From positions 13,766,001-13,830,000 of the forward strand of contig CM052818.1 of the NCBI GenBank assembly GCA_028534125.1: a stretch of DNA of 64,000 bases, given 5' to 3'. A program made the translations under genes and the position numbers. Every line of letters starts with the position of its first letter. Position 1 is the stretch's first letter. Below the pieces are notes generated by a model, which saw nothing but the letters and a program-made list of their open reading frames with translations, was not told the DNA's origin and did no database searches. This stretch comes from Lama glama (lineage: Eukaryota). Shown one piece after another: positions 35,748 to 50,661 of the stretch.

Positions 35748-38700
35748 GACTAATATTATAAAGGCTCATGTTGTCACATTTTAAGAAGTAATGGGTAGAT
35801 CTTTAGTGATTTTATCCAATTCAGATAAAACCAAAGTTAATTGTATTGGACTTTTATTCTTTTTGTGTCCATTTGCAATATTTAAATCAAAGCATTAATT
35901 CTTTCTGTTTGTAAATCAGTGTATATCATTGCTGTACTGCTAGCTCAATCTTGGGCTATCTAGAAAATGTCACAGATATTTCTTTAACTTTTGAAGAGGT
36001 AACTTAATGTATCTTAAATTATGAGAAAGTACATGAAGGGGTCTGTGTCTATAATCTCTGTCATAATTATATATCACATACCTCTCCAAGAGTAACTATT
36101 CAGTCTTTGTGAAGATCAAATTAGTTAACATATGTGAAAATATTCTGTACATATATAAGAGATTATATTAATATTAGGTTTTATCGTTGGCCATCATGCA
36201 CAGTGATTGAATTTGTGCAAAGAGGGAGATACTAAAGTAACGGAACACTTTAAAAAAAAAAAACACGTATTTCCCTGATACCTTATTACTTGGGTAGAAG
36301 TAAGATATCAGGACTAAGGTATCCTACCTGGATATCTATCAGTCCTGATACCTATCAGGACTACTTGGATAATCCTAAATGGTGATATTTACCCAATTAA
36401 TAATTTTTCATAAAGCTATTGCTCTGGTATATGCACAATTGGAGTTTAGATATGCAAGTAACTTAGTTATTTCAGATTGTTTTGTTGTGATATGCAAATA
36501 TTATGTGGTTGTATGTTATGATATAAAATATGTCAAAATTTAAAAAAAAACTCTATACAACTAGATTTAAATTAGAGTTGCATGATCTAAAACATGAGCA
36601 CATGTAGTTGTTAAGCACCAATACTAAACAGATGGTCCAAGAGGATACATAACAGGTTTGCAGTCTGGGTAGAAGAGCATAAAGCCATTAAAACTATCAG
36701 ATTTCTGTTTCTCATAGGTATTAGTCAATGAATAAGTAAAGACATAATCCTCGGTTATATAAGGACCAAATCTTAGAATATTAACGTTGCATAATTGCTA
36801 ATTTTTCCTTCATTTTTTTACTTTAATGTAAATATTACTATATATAGTGGTAGATAATACTATTGCTTGTTTATTGAGATTAATTCAACTTGTCATAAGT
36901 AGGTTATTTATAAATATGAAACTGCTTGAGGCTGTCTTTTACTGCCATGTTGCATTTAACTTCTGGCTGGACAGGTTTGAGCTATATTGGTAGACTGTCT
37001 GCCTCTAAAACATTTTTCAGTTTTCATCTTTTAAGAGGAAATGGTTGATTTGAGATTATGTTGACTTGGAAATAGCTATGTGTGATTAGAAAGGTACTTG
37101 CTCACATACCACATGGGAATTGTTCAATAGCTCATCTTTTATTTTAGAAAAAGGCCTTTCCAAAGATAAAGTCTTTTTTTTTTTAAGGTATGCTTTCAAA
37201 AAGAACTTAATCAAAACTTCATTAATTATAACCATCTATTCTGGGTTAATATTTGTTTAGCATTTTAAATATTAAACATGAAGGAAAGACAATATTTGGA
37301 ATACTGAATAGATTATAATTTCTTTTTAGAAAATTCTGGACTCGTATTATCAAGTTTGTTTAAAGCTGTACTGTGACTTTTATTGTATGAAGAAATAAAC
37401 CTTAAAATACATGCAGAAATGGAGTGCTTTCTGTCTTTACATAGAATGCATACTTTTTACAGAAGAAATGTTTTATATTGTTTTGTTTTCTTATGTTTAT
37501 GCATAGTCTCATACATCTTATGACTCTGAATCTCTAGCATTGAATTCTACATATATAACCTCATATTTTTCCCTAGAAGTAAATAAAATAGAAATCTTCT
37601 TGAAATAGCACTTTTTTGTCAGTGTTTTTTCCCTCTTTAAAGAATGTTTTACATGGCTAAAAGAATTAGTTAAGACCAAAAAGGTTCATGATGAAAAACA
37701 GCAGTCCCTGCCCTAATTTAACTCACATCTCAGTTCTGTCCCCCAAGTAAAAACTTTTAACTTTTTTTAAAAGCAGTTTCTTCTGTCATTTAACCCCCAA
37801 TATAGTGATAGTATGTCTACCCTAGATTTCTTGACTTATCTCTTTCAGACATTATCTATTGATTTCCTGATAATGGTAGGTAGGTGAGATTTTTAGCTTT
37901 TTTAATACCCTATCTTTGTATCTTCTTACCCTGTATTTCTAATTTATTTACTTATTACAAATTTAGTTAAATCAGCAGTCAGTATTCACATATAATGTTT
38001 CTTTCAGAGCCAGGTAGTCATAATGTAATCATTACATTTTTCTTTTTTAAAAAATGCAATTTTCCTCAAGTTACTGGTTTTCTTGATTTGTGTAATTTTC
38101 TGTAAATCCGCCTTTAAATATTCAACAGTTTTTCACGGGAGTAGAGATTAGGACATAACAGTCAGTTTCACTTGAGGGAAGCCCTTCTCACATAAAGAGA
38201 TCACCTTCTTGGGGTCAAAGGGCCTGTTTTCATGATCCTAACAGATGTCAGTATGACTCTAACTCAGATTAATTATGAATCAAATGGGAAATCCAAGCCT
38301 TGTAATTGAAAGTTTATTGATCTCTAGGTCTATGTCTTGAGTACTTAGCAGTTATCCTGGTCTCCAATTCCAGAACTTTATGGATAAACTGTGATGTAGT
38401 ATCTGATGATTCTAAAGAAGTAGGAACTTTCCAGTTCTGATTGATTACTAAAATAACTCCCAATAGGTTCAGTGTAGATTGGAAACTGAAAGAGGCTTTT
38501 AGTACCAGGGTATCAGCCTGTCCTGTCAAAGAACTCTCACTATTCTGTTGGATTTGCTAATGAGTCTGCTAGATCTACTAAATCTAGTATCTAGAAGAGT
38601 CAACTAGTCAACTAGAAATCCTCTCAAATCCCATGTAATTGTAGCAAAGATTTGTAAACATAAAATACCACAATTATATAAAAGGATGCAGAAAATTTTC

Positions 38701-40499
38701 ATTCCCCTATCTTTAGGATTTCTGTTGACAGGGAGGTTAATTTCAGGTATTGAAGTGCTTTTCTGTAAATTTTCCAAAATACTTTCTCTGCATACCTAAA
38801 TTGCATATTTCCCTTTTCCCCAGATTCCTAAAATAATTTCATCTGATATTTTTGGTGTATAAAAATTGAACAGTTCCCTTTTTTATATTCAGAGGCTGAA
38901 AAAACTTAATTTGAAACTTAATAAATTTTTTTTGGCAAAAAAGTTCTTAAAAGATTCTGGGCAAACCACATTTCTAAATTTTTTAAATTTGCTATTTCTT
39001 GGCGGAGCTTTATGCAAAGGAGAGTATAGACCTTTCTGGCAACTGAATAAATTTTGAAATATCATATGAGGAATGTTGGGCATAAAATTTCAAAAGAAAC
39101 TTTAAAACTTTATTTAAAGTCACTTTAAAGAACAAGAGAAACTTGGTAACAACTCTGTCAGGGACAAAGATAATATTTACATTGTAAAACTTGTTAAAGT
39201 GGCACTGAAATCACAAGTGCTCATTAAATACTGTGATTATACATGCATCCCAAAGTATAATCCAAATTATATATTATCATGTAACAATTGGCTTGCACTA
39301 TAAATTTGTACCTTTTTAAAGTTTACATACATTTTCAGTAGTAATATTGAGATCTTTCTTAAATAATTGTCATCAAATTAAAATCCAAGGTTTTTAATAA
39401 AATATTACTGTAATGAACTGAGGAGGGGAGAAAATGAATCTTCTTTAGTTTGAGTACTTGCTGTGAAAACAGAATCAGGAATATACTCAGACAATACAAT
39501 AAAAGCAATGATTTATTATACACATGGGTTTTATAGATAACATTCCTGAAATATTTTTCTATTGGTCTTTTCTTTGTTTTCCTGAATAATCTTGTAAGAG
39601 ACAGGTTGAAAGAGAGTAATTACTTTGGACTTAGTTTTCTGATTTATTTCTGAAACTAGATAATCTCTATAAAGTGTTTTTTAGGTCTAAATGTTATTTA
39701 GGAGATAGTCATGAGTTAGAGGTATTTAAGGGGTGCAAATATAGAGTAAGGAAAATAGAGATAAAAAGATAGAAGAAGACTAGAGAGAAAAGGTATTTAC
39801 TGAATGTCTGTGATTGCAAATGAAATTTACACGACTGTAGTATACCTAACATTTTTGTTACCAAGGTTGTTCCTGCTCTCTTTTCCCAGTTTCAGATATA
39901 CTTTTCTCCACAATGATAGCTTGGCTAACCTAAAGAATTATACATTAAATAATGTAGCCACAGTATGTCTCAGTATTTAACTTACTGGCAAAAAGAGTTG
40001 ATTACATAAAACAGGATTTTCCCTTCAGCTCTCTGAATTTTTAACCATGACTTCCTGACCATGCTGCTGTTTGTCTTTTGACTGCCATGACATGTGATCT
40101 GACTTCTGCAATATAGTCTCCTCATTTTTTGTAAGTAACTAGTTCTGGTTGGTACCTTTCCCTGAGAGACCCACTTTTCTGCTTATAACTCCCATTTGCT
40201 TTGGGCTATTCATTATTTCCCATACATTAAGGGTAAGTCATCACAGGTTGGATTTAGCTTACTTTATTCAAACATTTGTGTTAGGTTATATGCAGATTTT
40301 TAGAGAATAAGATAGGGTCCGTGCTGTCGAGGAACTTATAGTCTAGTAAGAAAGTGAGAGGCATAAAGACATTTAGTATAAGATTTACGATATAATTATG
40401 TATCAAAAAAGAGGAATAATTGTTAATACTATGGGTTGGGGCTGATGGAGTAAATAGTCTAGGACTGTGAGGATGACTCAGTATTAGAAGATGTAACAG

Positions 40500-41700
40500 T
40501 GTAATTCATTACATTAACATGTTAAATAATAAGAATCAGGAGTAGATGTGGGAAAAATTCAGCACCCATTCAGATACTGAATAGGAATAGGAGGGAACTT
40601 AACTTGAAGGAGGGTATCCATCAGAAATTTTCAGCAAACATTGTTCATTAATGGCAAAACATTAAAAGCAGTCCCATTAAATTTGATAGCAAGAGAAGGA
40701 CAGATACTATCTCTGTTATTACTTGTTAATAAAATAAGTAAAGAAATGAGATGTAACATTGGAAAGAAGATAAACTATCACTTGCTGACAGTATGATTTT
40801 TTTTACCTAGAAAACCCAAAGAAATGAACTGAGTAAACTAAATTTTCAAGGTAGTTAATCAGAAGTGCAATATATAAAAACTACAGTTTTCCTATTATAC
40901 AGTAGCAAGGACCAAGTACACAGTGTGATAGAAAACAAATCCATTTCACTAACAAAAACCCAAGTAAGAAAAAAAGATCTTAATTAAATGTATAAGATCT
41001 TTGTGGGGAAATTTTAAAATTTTACTGATGCAAGTCTTTTATCAAATTCTTTTTATTAGTAAAGTCCTAATAAATCTCAACAAGGTTTTTCATAGAACCT
41101 TATATATATCCTAAAATTCATAGAAAAGAGCAGCATGTGTGACTAAGCAGGACCATTTAGAAAACAAAAGAGAGGGACCTGCTGTAATAGAATCAATGTA
41201 ACAATGAAGCAGTAGTAATATTTAGAAGGTTTTGGTGACACAGGAGTAGACAAATGGTGTAATGGAACAGGATAGAGTCCAAAAGGAGATCCACACTTAT
41301 GTGGAAATCTAGTATAGTCATTGAGGCCATTGGGAAACAGTAAGCTCTTTGGTAATTGATGTTGGAATAATTGACTGTCAGTATAGAAAAGCTACAAATT
41401 ATATTCAAGAGAACCTTTAAAAGCACCAACAAACAACCTGTTAGAGTTTAGCAAGGTTTGTAAAGATAAGAGCAATACACAAATACTGATAGCATTTATA
41501 TATCAGTAGTAACCTAGTAGCAAATATATTTTTAAATATTACACTTTAATAGCAAAAACTAGAAAGTTAAGAATATAGCTAATAAAAGGACTTCCTAGAG
41601 AAGATTATAAAGTGGTTTTGAAAAAGAGTTGTATATGACTCAAAAGCACAGGCAACAGAAACAAAAATAGACAAATAGGACTGCATTAAACTAAAAAGTG
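40500..41700 (+). mobile_element. Highly diverged L1 ORF2 fragments (L1ME-like)
   Basis: aaaattcagcacccattc, tacctagaaaacccaaaga, tcctaaaattcata, atggaacaggatagagtcc, ggactgcattaaactaaaaag. Confidence 0.65.
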
Positions 41701-41849
41701 TTATCCTGTGTCATCACTTTGCTCTTTAACTTCTTCGGGGCATTTCCTGCTCAAATATAGTCCCCATTATCAAGTGAGGAGATACGTTTATTGGGTATTA
41801 GCCCATATTTTACATTCTTGATTTAAATAGATTTGGGGGGGGTGGAAAG

Positions 41850-42010
41850 ATATATATATATACACACATATAAACATATATGTATATATACATATATATT
41901 CATATATATACATACAATATATTCAATTCAATATTTGTATTGAGTATATTGTGTATATATATATATATATACACAATTCAATATATATATAAATATATAT
42001 ATATATATTT
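41850..42010. repeat. (TA)n/(CA)n low-complexity microsatellite
   Basis: Directly visible alternating TA runs. Confidence 0.9.
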
Positions 42011-42321
42011 AAAGGAATTAAAAGGTTATTCATTCCAGGAAGATGGAGAGACAAAATGAGAATGAAAGGCAACATCTGACTACAGACTTACTGTAGAAAT
42101 TTATTTTACCACTTATTTGAAATACCAGATGCATTGCTATGAATAAAAAGCACAGAATACATGTCAAAGTAGTCATAGGTTCTTTTGGATCATCTGTTAA
42201 TGCAGATGAATACACAGTTTAAAGAAAAAATGTATTATATGATTATTTTTACTCATCTATAAGTTGATAGGTATATTTCAATATAATTTTAGTTTAAAGT
42301 ATTTCTTTTTATTTCTTACAG

Positions 42322-42430
42322 TAATCCTAAATCAGAGAGTCAGAGGGTAAATAAAAAAGTCAACAATGATGCCTCACTTAGAATTCATAATCTGTCCATT
42401 TTGGTGAGACAGATAAAATTTTATTACCAG
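42322..42430 (+). CDS. CCDC88A: CCDC88A coding exon 3 (109 nt)
   Basis: tttcttacag| acceptor; (I)[36 protein letters not shown]; donor CAG|GTAAGT; phase matches exon 2. Confidence 0.97.
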
Positions 42431-42779
42431 GTAAGTGGTCCTTTTTTTTAATCTAGTATTTTAGTAACTGCTTGGGTAGTCAGCTTTCTGTTGTTTAGTA
42501 TGTCACCTTATGTATACTAAATGCTTGTTATGTGCCAAGAACTGGCCTATTTGCTGGAGGTAGAGTAGTAATAACATAGTTCATTTCTTATACAGTATTA
42601 AAGGTACAAGTCTGTACTTCATAATTATCCCATTTTTCAAATAATTATTGTATTTTATGAACTTTAGAAATTATTTCAGTTTTCTGAGAACTTACATACT
42701 GCAACACTTTGTTAGTCTACTCGAATTTGGCCTTCGAAAACTGTCTTTTTATTCCTTTTTTTAACTTACATTGGAAGCA

Positions 42780-44600
42780 TATTTCACAACTTAAATATGA
42801 GCATTCTTGAGGCTATTAACATGCCTCTAAGAATTGCTGTTGCTACATCACACAAATTTTGGTGTGTTGTATTTTTTTGTTTATTTTTATGCATTTTCTG
42901 TGATTATTTAGAAGTATGCTTATAGATTTCTAAATATATGATATTTTTCAAGCAATCTTTTTGGTTTTGATTGTTGGTCAAAAAATATGGTTTATATGAT
43001 ACTGATTCTTTGACGTTTCTTAATGTTAACTTGGCTCAATATTGTCCATTTTCATTAATGTTTTATGTGTGCTTGAAAAAGATGTATATTCTCTATTTGT
43101 TTGGGTGCAGAGTCAGAGCAAGCTTGTTTGTTAATTGTAATGTTCAAACTTTTGCAGCTTGATTAATTTTATCTCTTGATCTGTCAGTTATTGAGAAAGA
43201 TGAGTTGAAATCTCCTGTTACCGTCATAGATTTGTCAAGTTTTCGTTAATACACCTTAAAGTTATGTCATTAGGTGCAGACGAGTTTTAAATTATTATAT
43301 TATATATATAATATATATATTATATTATTCTGGGGAAATCATACCGTTTGTCATTGTTTCTACATGTTTTTGTTTCTACAGGTTTAAAAGTTTTTCACCC
43401 TACTTTTATTTTTTTGGAGGATTTCTTGAAGGTGTACCGTTTGTACTTTTCATAGCAAAGGCCAAAATTAATCAGTAGCATTACTCTTTTATAGAGTAGT
43501 ACTGTGACCTTAGAATACTTTAATTCCTGTCCCCCCTTACAATTTTTAAGCAATTCTTATCTTGTATTTTAGTTCTTTTTTTAAAAAAAATCCAGTAAAG
43601 TAAATACTGAAGGTACTTAAATCAGTGTTCCTTTAGATCAAGCTATATGTTTTGTTTTTTTTCCTTCTTACGGTTTTTCTTTGTATCTCAGACTTGCTTT
43701 CGGTATTATTTTCTTACTGATGTCAGCCTTTAAATGTTTAAATGTTTGTTTAGAGAAGGCTTGTTGATAGTAAAGTTTTATCAATGTTTGCCTGAAGATG
43801 CCTTTATTTCACCCTTGTTCTTGAAGGATAGTTTTGTTGGGTGTGGTTCTAGGTTAACAATTACTTTTCTCTCAGTGTGTGGCAGATTTTTTTCCTTCTG
43901 TCTCTCTTTTGTTCTGGAGAAGTCAGCTGTTAGTCAAATATCTTTTCTTAGGTCAAACTGTCTTTTATTTCTCTGCTGGCTGATAGTATTAGTATTATCT
44001 CTCTTAATATTGCCTCTTTCCTGGTAATCTAATATACCACAGATATTTTTATTACATGTGTATTAGACTTTGTTTTACATTATCAATCTTGTGCCGCATT
44101 CTGAGTTTTTTTTTTTTTTAGGACTATCTCTCCAGTTTGTTAATCTGCCCCTTATAGCTTCTGTTTAGCCCACTGATTAAGTTTTACCTCTCAGTAATTA
44201 TATCTTTCATTTGTAGAAATTCTGTTTGATTCTTTTTACATTTTTGTTAATTAATCATTCTTTTAATTTCTTCCTTTATTTCTTAAGAAATTTAAAAAAT
44301 ATCTATTTTTGATTTTATGTCTGATAATTACAAAATGTGAAATCAGATTTGTGGGGATCTGAATCTGCTCTTTGTTTTCTGCTTGCTGTTTTTCACGGGG
44401 GTGGTGGCAGCAGTACCAGTATGTGTGTGGGTGTGTATGTGTGTATATGTGTGAGTATTTTAATTGTGAGCTCATTTTCGGGGGTGGAAGTTATCCTTGG
44501 GAATACTTCTGTGTCTAGGCCAAGGATACATTGCTTCAGAGACAATTTGTTTCCTTTTGTGCAGCTAATCCAGAAGTATTTTTCACTTAATTTATTTTAA
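42780..44600 (-). mobile_element. Diverged antisense L1 fragments
   Basis: gtgtgcttgaaaaagatgtatattct, ttgagaaagatgagttgaaatctcc, tttatttcacccttgttcttgaaggatagttttgttggg, gagaagtcagctgttagtc. Confidence 0.65.
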
Positions 44601-45439
44601 GCAACTTTATATTATTTTAAAAACAATATTTGCATACTATGGAAAACTAAAGAAAAATGAGAAAATACAAACATCATTCCAGGGCCTGGAGATTACCATT
44701 CTTAGCACCTGAATATATGTACTTCTGAATCTCTTTTTCTCATTTGTGTGTTTGTAAATTATGTATTTATGTATTTACATACATGTTTCTTAGCTGGGAC
44801 TACATCATTGCAGATTCTTGGGGAAATAGCTCTCCTCAATCTTAACCAAAGGCCAGGAAAAACAGCTTCTTCTTTGTCTTCTTTTGCAGGGTTCAATTTT
44901 TTTTCTGTTTTACTTTTTGATGGTTACCTTTTAATTTTCTTTTGAGATCAGTCAATACATTGTAAAAGATTTTTTAAAAATTATCCAGCACTTTTGGAGT
45001 CCTTCTTTATTTTCTTTCTGATACTTGGTACTGCTTGTTGCCAGAAATAAAAGTCTGTTCTAGATTTTTTATAAACTTATAAAATTTTTTTTAATATTCC
45101 AGCTCTCATTTTTCTCCATTTAGATTTAGTGAATTAGGTTCTATGTTTTATCTGTTTTGCCTTTTACTGTTATTTTATGTCAGTATTTTTAGACATTTTA
45201 AACAAAAGACTAGATGTGGTGACTCATTTTGACAATCTTCATCAGGTTTGTCCTTATATGATGATGTTAAATTTTTGGTTTCATACCATCTTTAGAGAAA
45301 TGGGAGTTTTCTCTGGAAAATTTTAATGAAATTCCTTGGGGAAAAAAGATGTAAATAAAAGGCAAGGGAATTTCTTCATAAAATCAGAGTCTTAAATCAG
45401 TTGTCAGTGCAACCTAATTCTGGGTATATACTGCTGTAT

Positions 45440-45795
45440 ATTTTTTAGCATCTTTATTCAGATATAATTCACATACCATAAAATTAACCCATTTAAAATG
45501 TCCAATTCAGTGGTTTTTAGTATATTTACAGAGTTATACAAGCACCAGCACAACCAATTTTAGAACATTTTTATCACCCCCCAAAGAAACCCTGTATCTG
45601 TTAGCAGTCACTTCCCATTTCCCGTAATCCCTACATACACAAATATCACCACCATCACCACCACCCCAGCATTAGGCATCTGCTAATCTATTTTCTGTCT
45701 CTGTAAATTTGCTTATTATGGATATTTCATAAAAGTGGAATTGTACAGTATTTGGTCTTTTGTTACTGTCTTCTTCCATTTAGCATAATGATTTT
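45440..45795 (-). mobile_element. L1MB-like 3' end, antisense
   Basis: ctttattcagatataattcacataccataaaattaacccatttaaaatgtccaattcagtggtttttagtatatttacagagtt. Confidence 0.82.
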
Positions 45796-48220
45796 AGTAA
45801 TCAGTGTTCTTAGCCTCTGATTTCTTTTGTCTTACATACTTTTTAATGTTACTTGTAAGACAAGAATAGGGAAATAAGTTTTACAAAAATGTAGCTAGAA
45901 TCCTCTGAAGAAGCCATAGAACCAAATAGACGTTTTAGAATAATTTGAGTTTTTAAAATTTGTGTAATTTGTATAATTTTTAGATGCCTTATCTAGTATT
46001 AGTACTTTCAGACATAACAAAATTAATACTTGGAAATAAAGTAAAAGGTAGATTTTTCCCCCATTACCTCTAATATTTAATAATCTTCATATTTTCAAAA
46101 ACTTTATACTTTAAAAAACTTGAATTCTTTGTTCATAATGTATAGTCAGTTTACAATAAAAACTTAATACTTTTGTTTCACTTCTTACCCTTTCCAACAA
46201 AAGTCACACGTAAAGTAAGTCATGGAGCTGAAATTTAAGCCTAGGCTTTCTAGCTCTGCTCTACCTGAGTATACTAGGCCTTCAGATTTCACTATACTAG
46301 AGTTCATTTTTAGATACATGGGGGCACATTTGAGTTTAGCAGTTTACTATAGCAATTTGCTTCATCCAAATGTAGTCGAACTTCATAGGGTAAAAGTCAA
46401 ACTGTATTGACACATGAGGTCATTGATGATACCATATGACGAAAGAATATGTGAGGTTGCTTTTATCTTTGTGGAGAGACTGAGTTAGCAATAGAGAATG
46501 GGGTAACAGAATAGGCAGGAAGTGGGCAGCCCCTTGAGGAAAAGGATGTAAGAAAGAGATAGTGAACCATATTGAGGATTACTATCCACTTGGACAGTTT
46601 CCTTTGTAACAGTGTACCTACGTAGAATGTTACATGGTAAATCAATAAAGTAAATTGCCTTGGAAATATAAGTTGATGTTTTCTAGTTGATTCATCAATT
46701 TTGTCTTATGTTACCCAAAGTAAATCGTATAAATGAGAATTCTCTTTTTCTTGAAGTTGAGATAAAGCTTTTTTCCAATCATCCAGGATCGGTTGAAATT
46801 TAAAGCCTCTCTATGAGAGTGAATTTGAATCTTCTTTGTTCTGACTTAGATTATCTCCACTAAATAAGATATAGACAAAACAGTGACTGCTTTTTTTAAT
46901 GCAGTTCTCATATTTATGATTTCTTTTAAATACATTCAAAGATACTCCTCATAATTTTGCTTTAAGTCAGGGAAACAAAAAATTAGAATGAATTAGAAAT
47001 TTATTCCTTTAAGTTCAGTTAACTGTTTCATACTTGACTTTTGCATATTTTATCTTGAGATACCTTGCTTTTAAGCAAAAATTCATTAAAGAAAATTCAT
47101 TTATTAAATACCCAAACTCAGTATTGATCCTTGGAATAAATGATTTTAGCAGTTTTTGACACTTATTCTTAATATTTTTAACTGTTTTTACTAACATGAT
47201 GCACATACTAAGTATATACTTTTTAAAAAAAAGTGCATATTTTTGGTGATAGTTTTTTTTAAAGAATACAAATGCTGAAGAAGAATTCTTGAAATTTTCT
47301 AATACGTATCTATAATGAATCATAGATAAAAAAGACTGATTTTAATTAGCCTCTGGTGTTTCGCCACACTGGCTATGGGAAAACACTTGTGGATCTAAGA
47401 TTACATATCTTTAAAAAGCAATACATTAACGTTTCATGGTTGTTTCCTCATCATAGTGTTAATCAAAGAATGATTCAGAAAGAATTGAATACTTACAAAA
47501 AAATTATTCCTAAGCAGCTGGTTATGTCTGAATATATAGTGAAGGCCACATTGTAAATACAGAGTTATTTCTGTAATCTTCCAAAGATTCAGTAACACCC
47601 AGCAATCCTGTAGTCTAATTCATCCAGACCCTTTGTAGCGAGTCATTGTTAGTAGTTATAATGATAGACACAGTGTGTTCCTTCATTTCCTCAAAGAAGT
47701 AGTAGTATAAACAGAAGATGCATACTTGATGTACTAAAATGAGTAATTTTAAAGCATTCAGTTCTTTCTGTTTCATTCTGTACCATCAGAATTTGTATAT
47801 ATTCTTGTCACAAAAAGCTTGACAGAAGTCAAAGAAAGTAAAACATTTATTGTAGATAGAAGAGAAATAATGATTCAGTGAGAAAGAGCTTACTCTTATG
47901 AAATGATCATAAGATAGGATTTTTGATGAAGTTAACTAGCTTTCTTAATTTTACTATCAGTTGATATTCTTAGTTCTCTCAGATAAAAGTAACAAAAAAA
48001 CCCAAAAAGAGTATACATGCCTGGTCTTTAACTGAGGATGTTGTTTAATTATCTAACACCTAAAATTCAGATTTCTAAATAATAGATATTAGACTACTTC
48101 AACTAGGACATTTTTATTTTGTGGACATTTGATGTGTTATTAACTTAAATATATCTGATACTATAATTTTAGTTACTTAATTCATTAACTTATAGTTACA
48201 AAAGATGTAAAACTTTAGAT

Positions 48221-48390
48221 TTATACTGTATAGCACGAGGGAAATATATTCAATGTCTTGTAGTAGCTCACAATGAAAAAGAATATGAAAATGAATATGT
48301 GTATTCGTGTATGACTGAAAAATTGTGCTGTACACCAGAAATTGACACAACATTGTAAACTGACTATAACTCAATGAAAAAATTTTAAAA
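48221..48390 (+). mobile_element. 5'-truncated lineage-specific L1 3' tail
   Basis: Closely similar to 13416-13580; flanked by ctttagat on both sides (probable TSD remnant). Confidence 0.85.
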
Positions 48391-48613
48391 AGCCTTTAGA
48401 TACCTTTGTTCACGTTTTTTAAGCTCTCTCTCTGTTTTGGCACAGACACAGGCTTTATTATAATTTGTAGCAAGCATCAGCCCACTGTGTTACCATGGAA
48501 GAAAGGGTTCTCTTTTTCATTGCAGTATAGCTTGCCTACAGAGAGGTGCACAAATCATAAGTAGCTTGTTGAGTAGTTACCTAGTATAACAACCTTTGGG
48601 TATCTTTCCACAG

Positions 48614-48683
48614 GAGACTTTGCAGCAATTGATCATGATGTCACTGCCAAATGTCTTAACCATTGGCAAAAATCCCTTTTCTG
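48614..48683 (+). CDS. CCDC88A: CCDC88A coding exon 4 (70 nt)
   Basis: tttccacag| acceptor; ETLQQLIMMSLPNVLTIGKNPFS(E); donor G|GTAAGT, phase 1. Confidence 0.96.
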
Positions 48684-50602
48684 GTAAGTATTAAAACACT
48701 AGGTTTTTCGTGGCTCTGTAAGGAAAGTTGGAGATGATATTCCATTTTATATGGAGAAAATAAACAGGATGTTTTTAAGTTGTGGATGGGATCAGACATA
48801 CATTTTACAGTTAAGTCCAGTGTTTTTTTCAACTACCAAATTGATAGTTTTTTGTGATGAGTTTTAGTGTTTCATAAGCAAGTGTAGAAGATAAGATCAG
48901 TAATTATAAGCTTAAAAGAATATAACCTTCAAAAAGAAGTGATTTTGAAGTAATTTCTAGGTTTCTATTCACATGTTTATCATCTCCATTGCCAAAGTTG
49001 TTTGAATCTAAGGTTTTACTAATTGATATGTTGTCATTTATATTAAACTACTTCTGAATGGAAAAAAAGATGAGAAGCGGTTTGTTAAATCATTTAAAAT
49101 AATTTAAATTATTTTCTTCAAAGTTTTTGCCCTTTTCCAGATTTTTAATATGACATGTTCAGGTTTTAATTTTTGAACACTTGGGGAAATTAGCAGCTAC
49201 CTAACAGTTTCAACAAAGGACTTACTCTTACAGGCTACATGTAACACAAATCAGGATATCTTCTCCAAATTCCACACCCAACCTCAGTCAAAACAAACAA
49301 ACATAAAACCAAAATAAAAACTAAAACCAAGCAGCCAGTTTTGTTAAGCAAACTACCAATTAGTTAAGGTGAATTAGAAGTTTAGATAATCTTTTGAGAT
49401 AATCTGGGATATTTGATTATACAAATGAAAATTAATTTTGTATGTAGAATGGAATTTTCAGTTTCACATGCATTTAGCAATTACTTACCAAGTTATAGGG
49501 ACCAGGAATATAAAGAAAATAGGTTATGCTCTAGAGGACCTTGTGTCTTGGTGAGAGATACACAGATGACTGAGAATCATAATAATTAGTATAAAATAAA
49601 GATGTAAAAATGTTGAAGCTTATAAAATGTGGAGCCATTGATTATTCTTAAAGTTGGCAGATTAGTGAGGGTTGGAGACCATTGGTGGTTGGGTCAGAGA
49701 AGACTCCACAGAGGTGTTAGAGCTGTGCCTAGGATTGTGCTTAGTAGCTGGTTCTCTAGAGGGATGGAGGAGCGGGGAGGGAAGAAAGATAGGCAAAGGA
49801 GTAAAGACAGAGGCGTGTGGATGTATATATAAATTTGGGGAAGGCTGATTAGTGTGGCTAAGAAAGTAGGTTGTTTCATGGAGAGTAGGACGAAATGTTT
49901 GAAAAGGAAGTTTGGACTTAATCTTAGACGGTTTGGCTTGATGGTGAAATTCTAGCCAAAGAAGTAACTTTTTTTTTTTTTTTTTGTCAGCTGAATATTC
50001 TAAGGAAATCTGAATTGAGTGCTGTTGGACAGTGAATGTACTTTCCGGTTCTGTTACAGACCATTATCTTTATCCAACTAGTTATATACATTTATTTTAC
50101 CAGCCTCACCATAACTGACATTTAAGGTTTTGATTCTCATCTGCGCAGTGGAAAACCTTTTAAATTTTATAGGTAGATGAATCCTGTAAGACTTGTGTTT
50201 TAGAAAGAAAACACCAATAGACCTAAAAGAAGCCAGACCGATTAGGAACCATTTTGGCTGACTGTAGCATGTCTCTGTATCAGCAGTTCTTGAAATTTCG
50301 TTTGCTGGTTTAGTATCACTTATGGAAAAACAGTGGATTTATAGTTAGCATCCTTCATTGCACAGAGATTTGAAGGCTGTTTTATCTATACTGCAACCTT
50401 TCATAATTTTGATCCTTGCCCATTTCTTCTGCTTTTACTACATTGTGCACACACAGAGCTGCCTTTTTTTTTAGTTCTCCACTGTACTTACAAACTTAAT
50501 CGCTTGGTCGAGTTGTTGTGAATATTACCTTTCAAAGTAATTCTGCCCATATTAGAGAGTTGGACTAAAATAAAATGTACTTGGTATTTGCTTTTATTAC
50601 AG

Positions 50603-50661
50603 AACAAGGCACAGAAGAAGTTAAAAAGTTACTTTTACTTTTACTGGGTTGTGCCGTTCAG
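50603..50661 (+). CDS. CCDC88A: CCDC88A coding exon 5 (59 nt)
   Basis: ttattacag| acceptor; (E)QGTEEVKKLLLLLLGCAVQ, containing the HOOK-domain LLLGCAV motif; donor CAG|GTAAGT. Confidence 0.97.
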
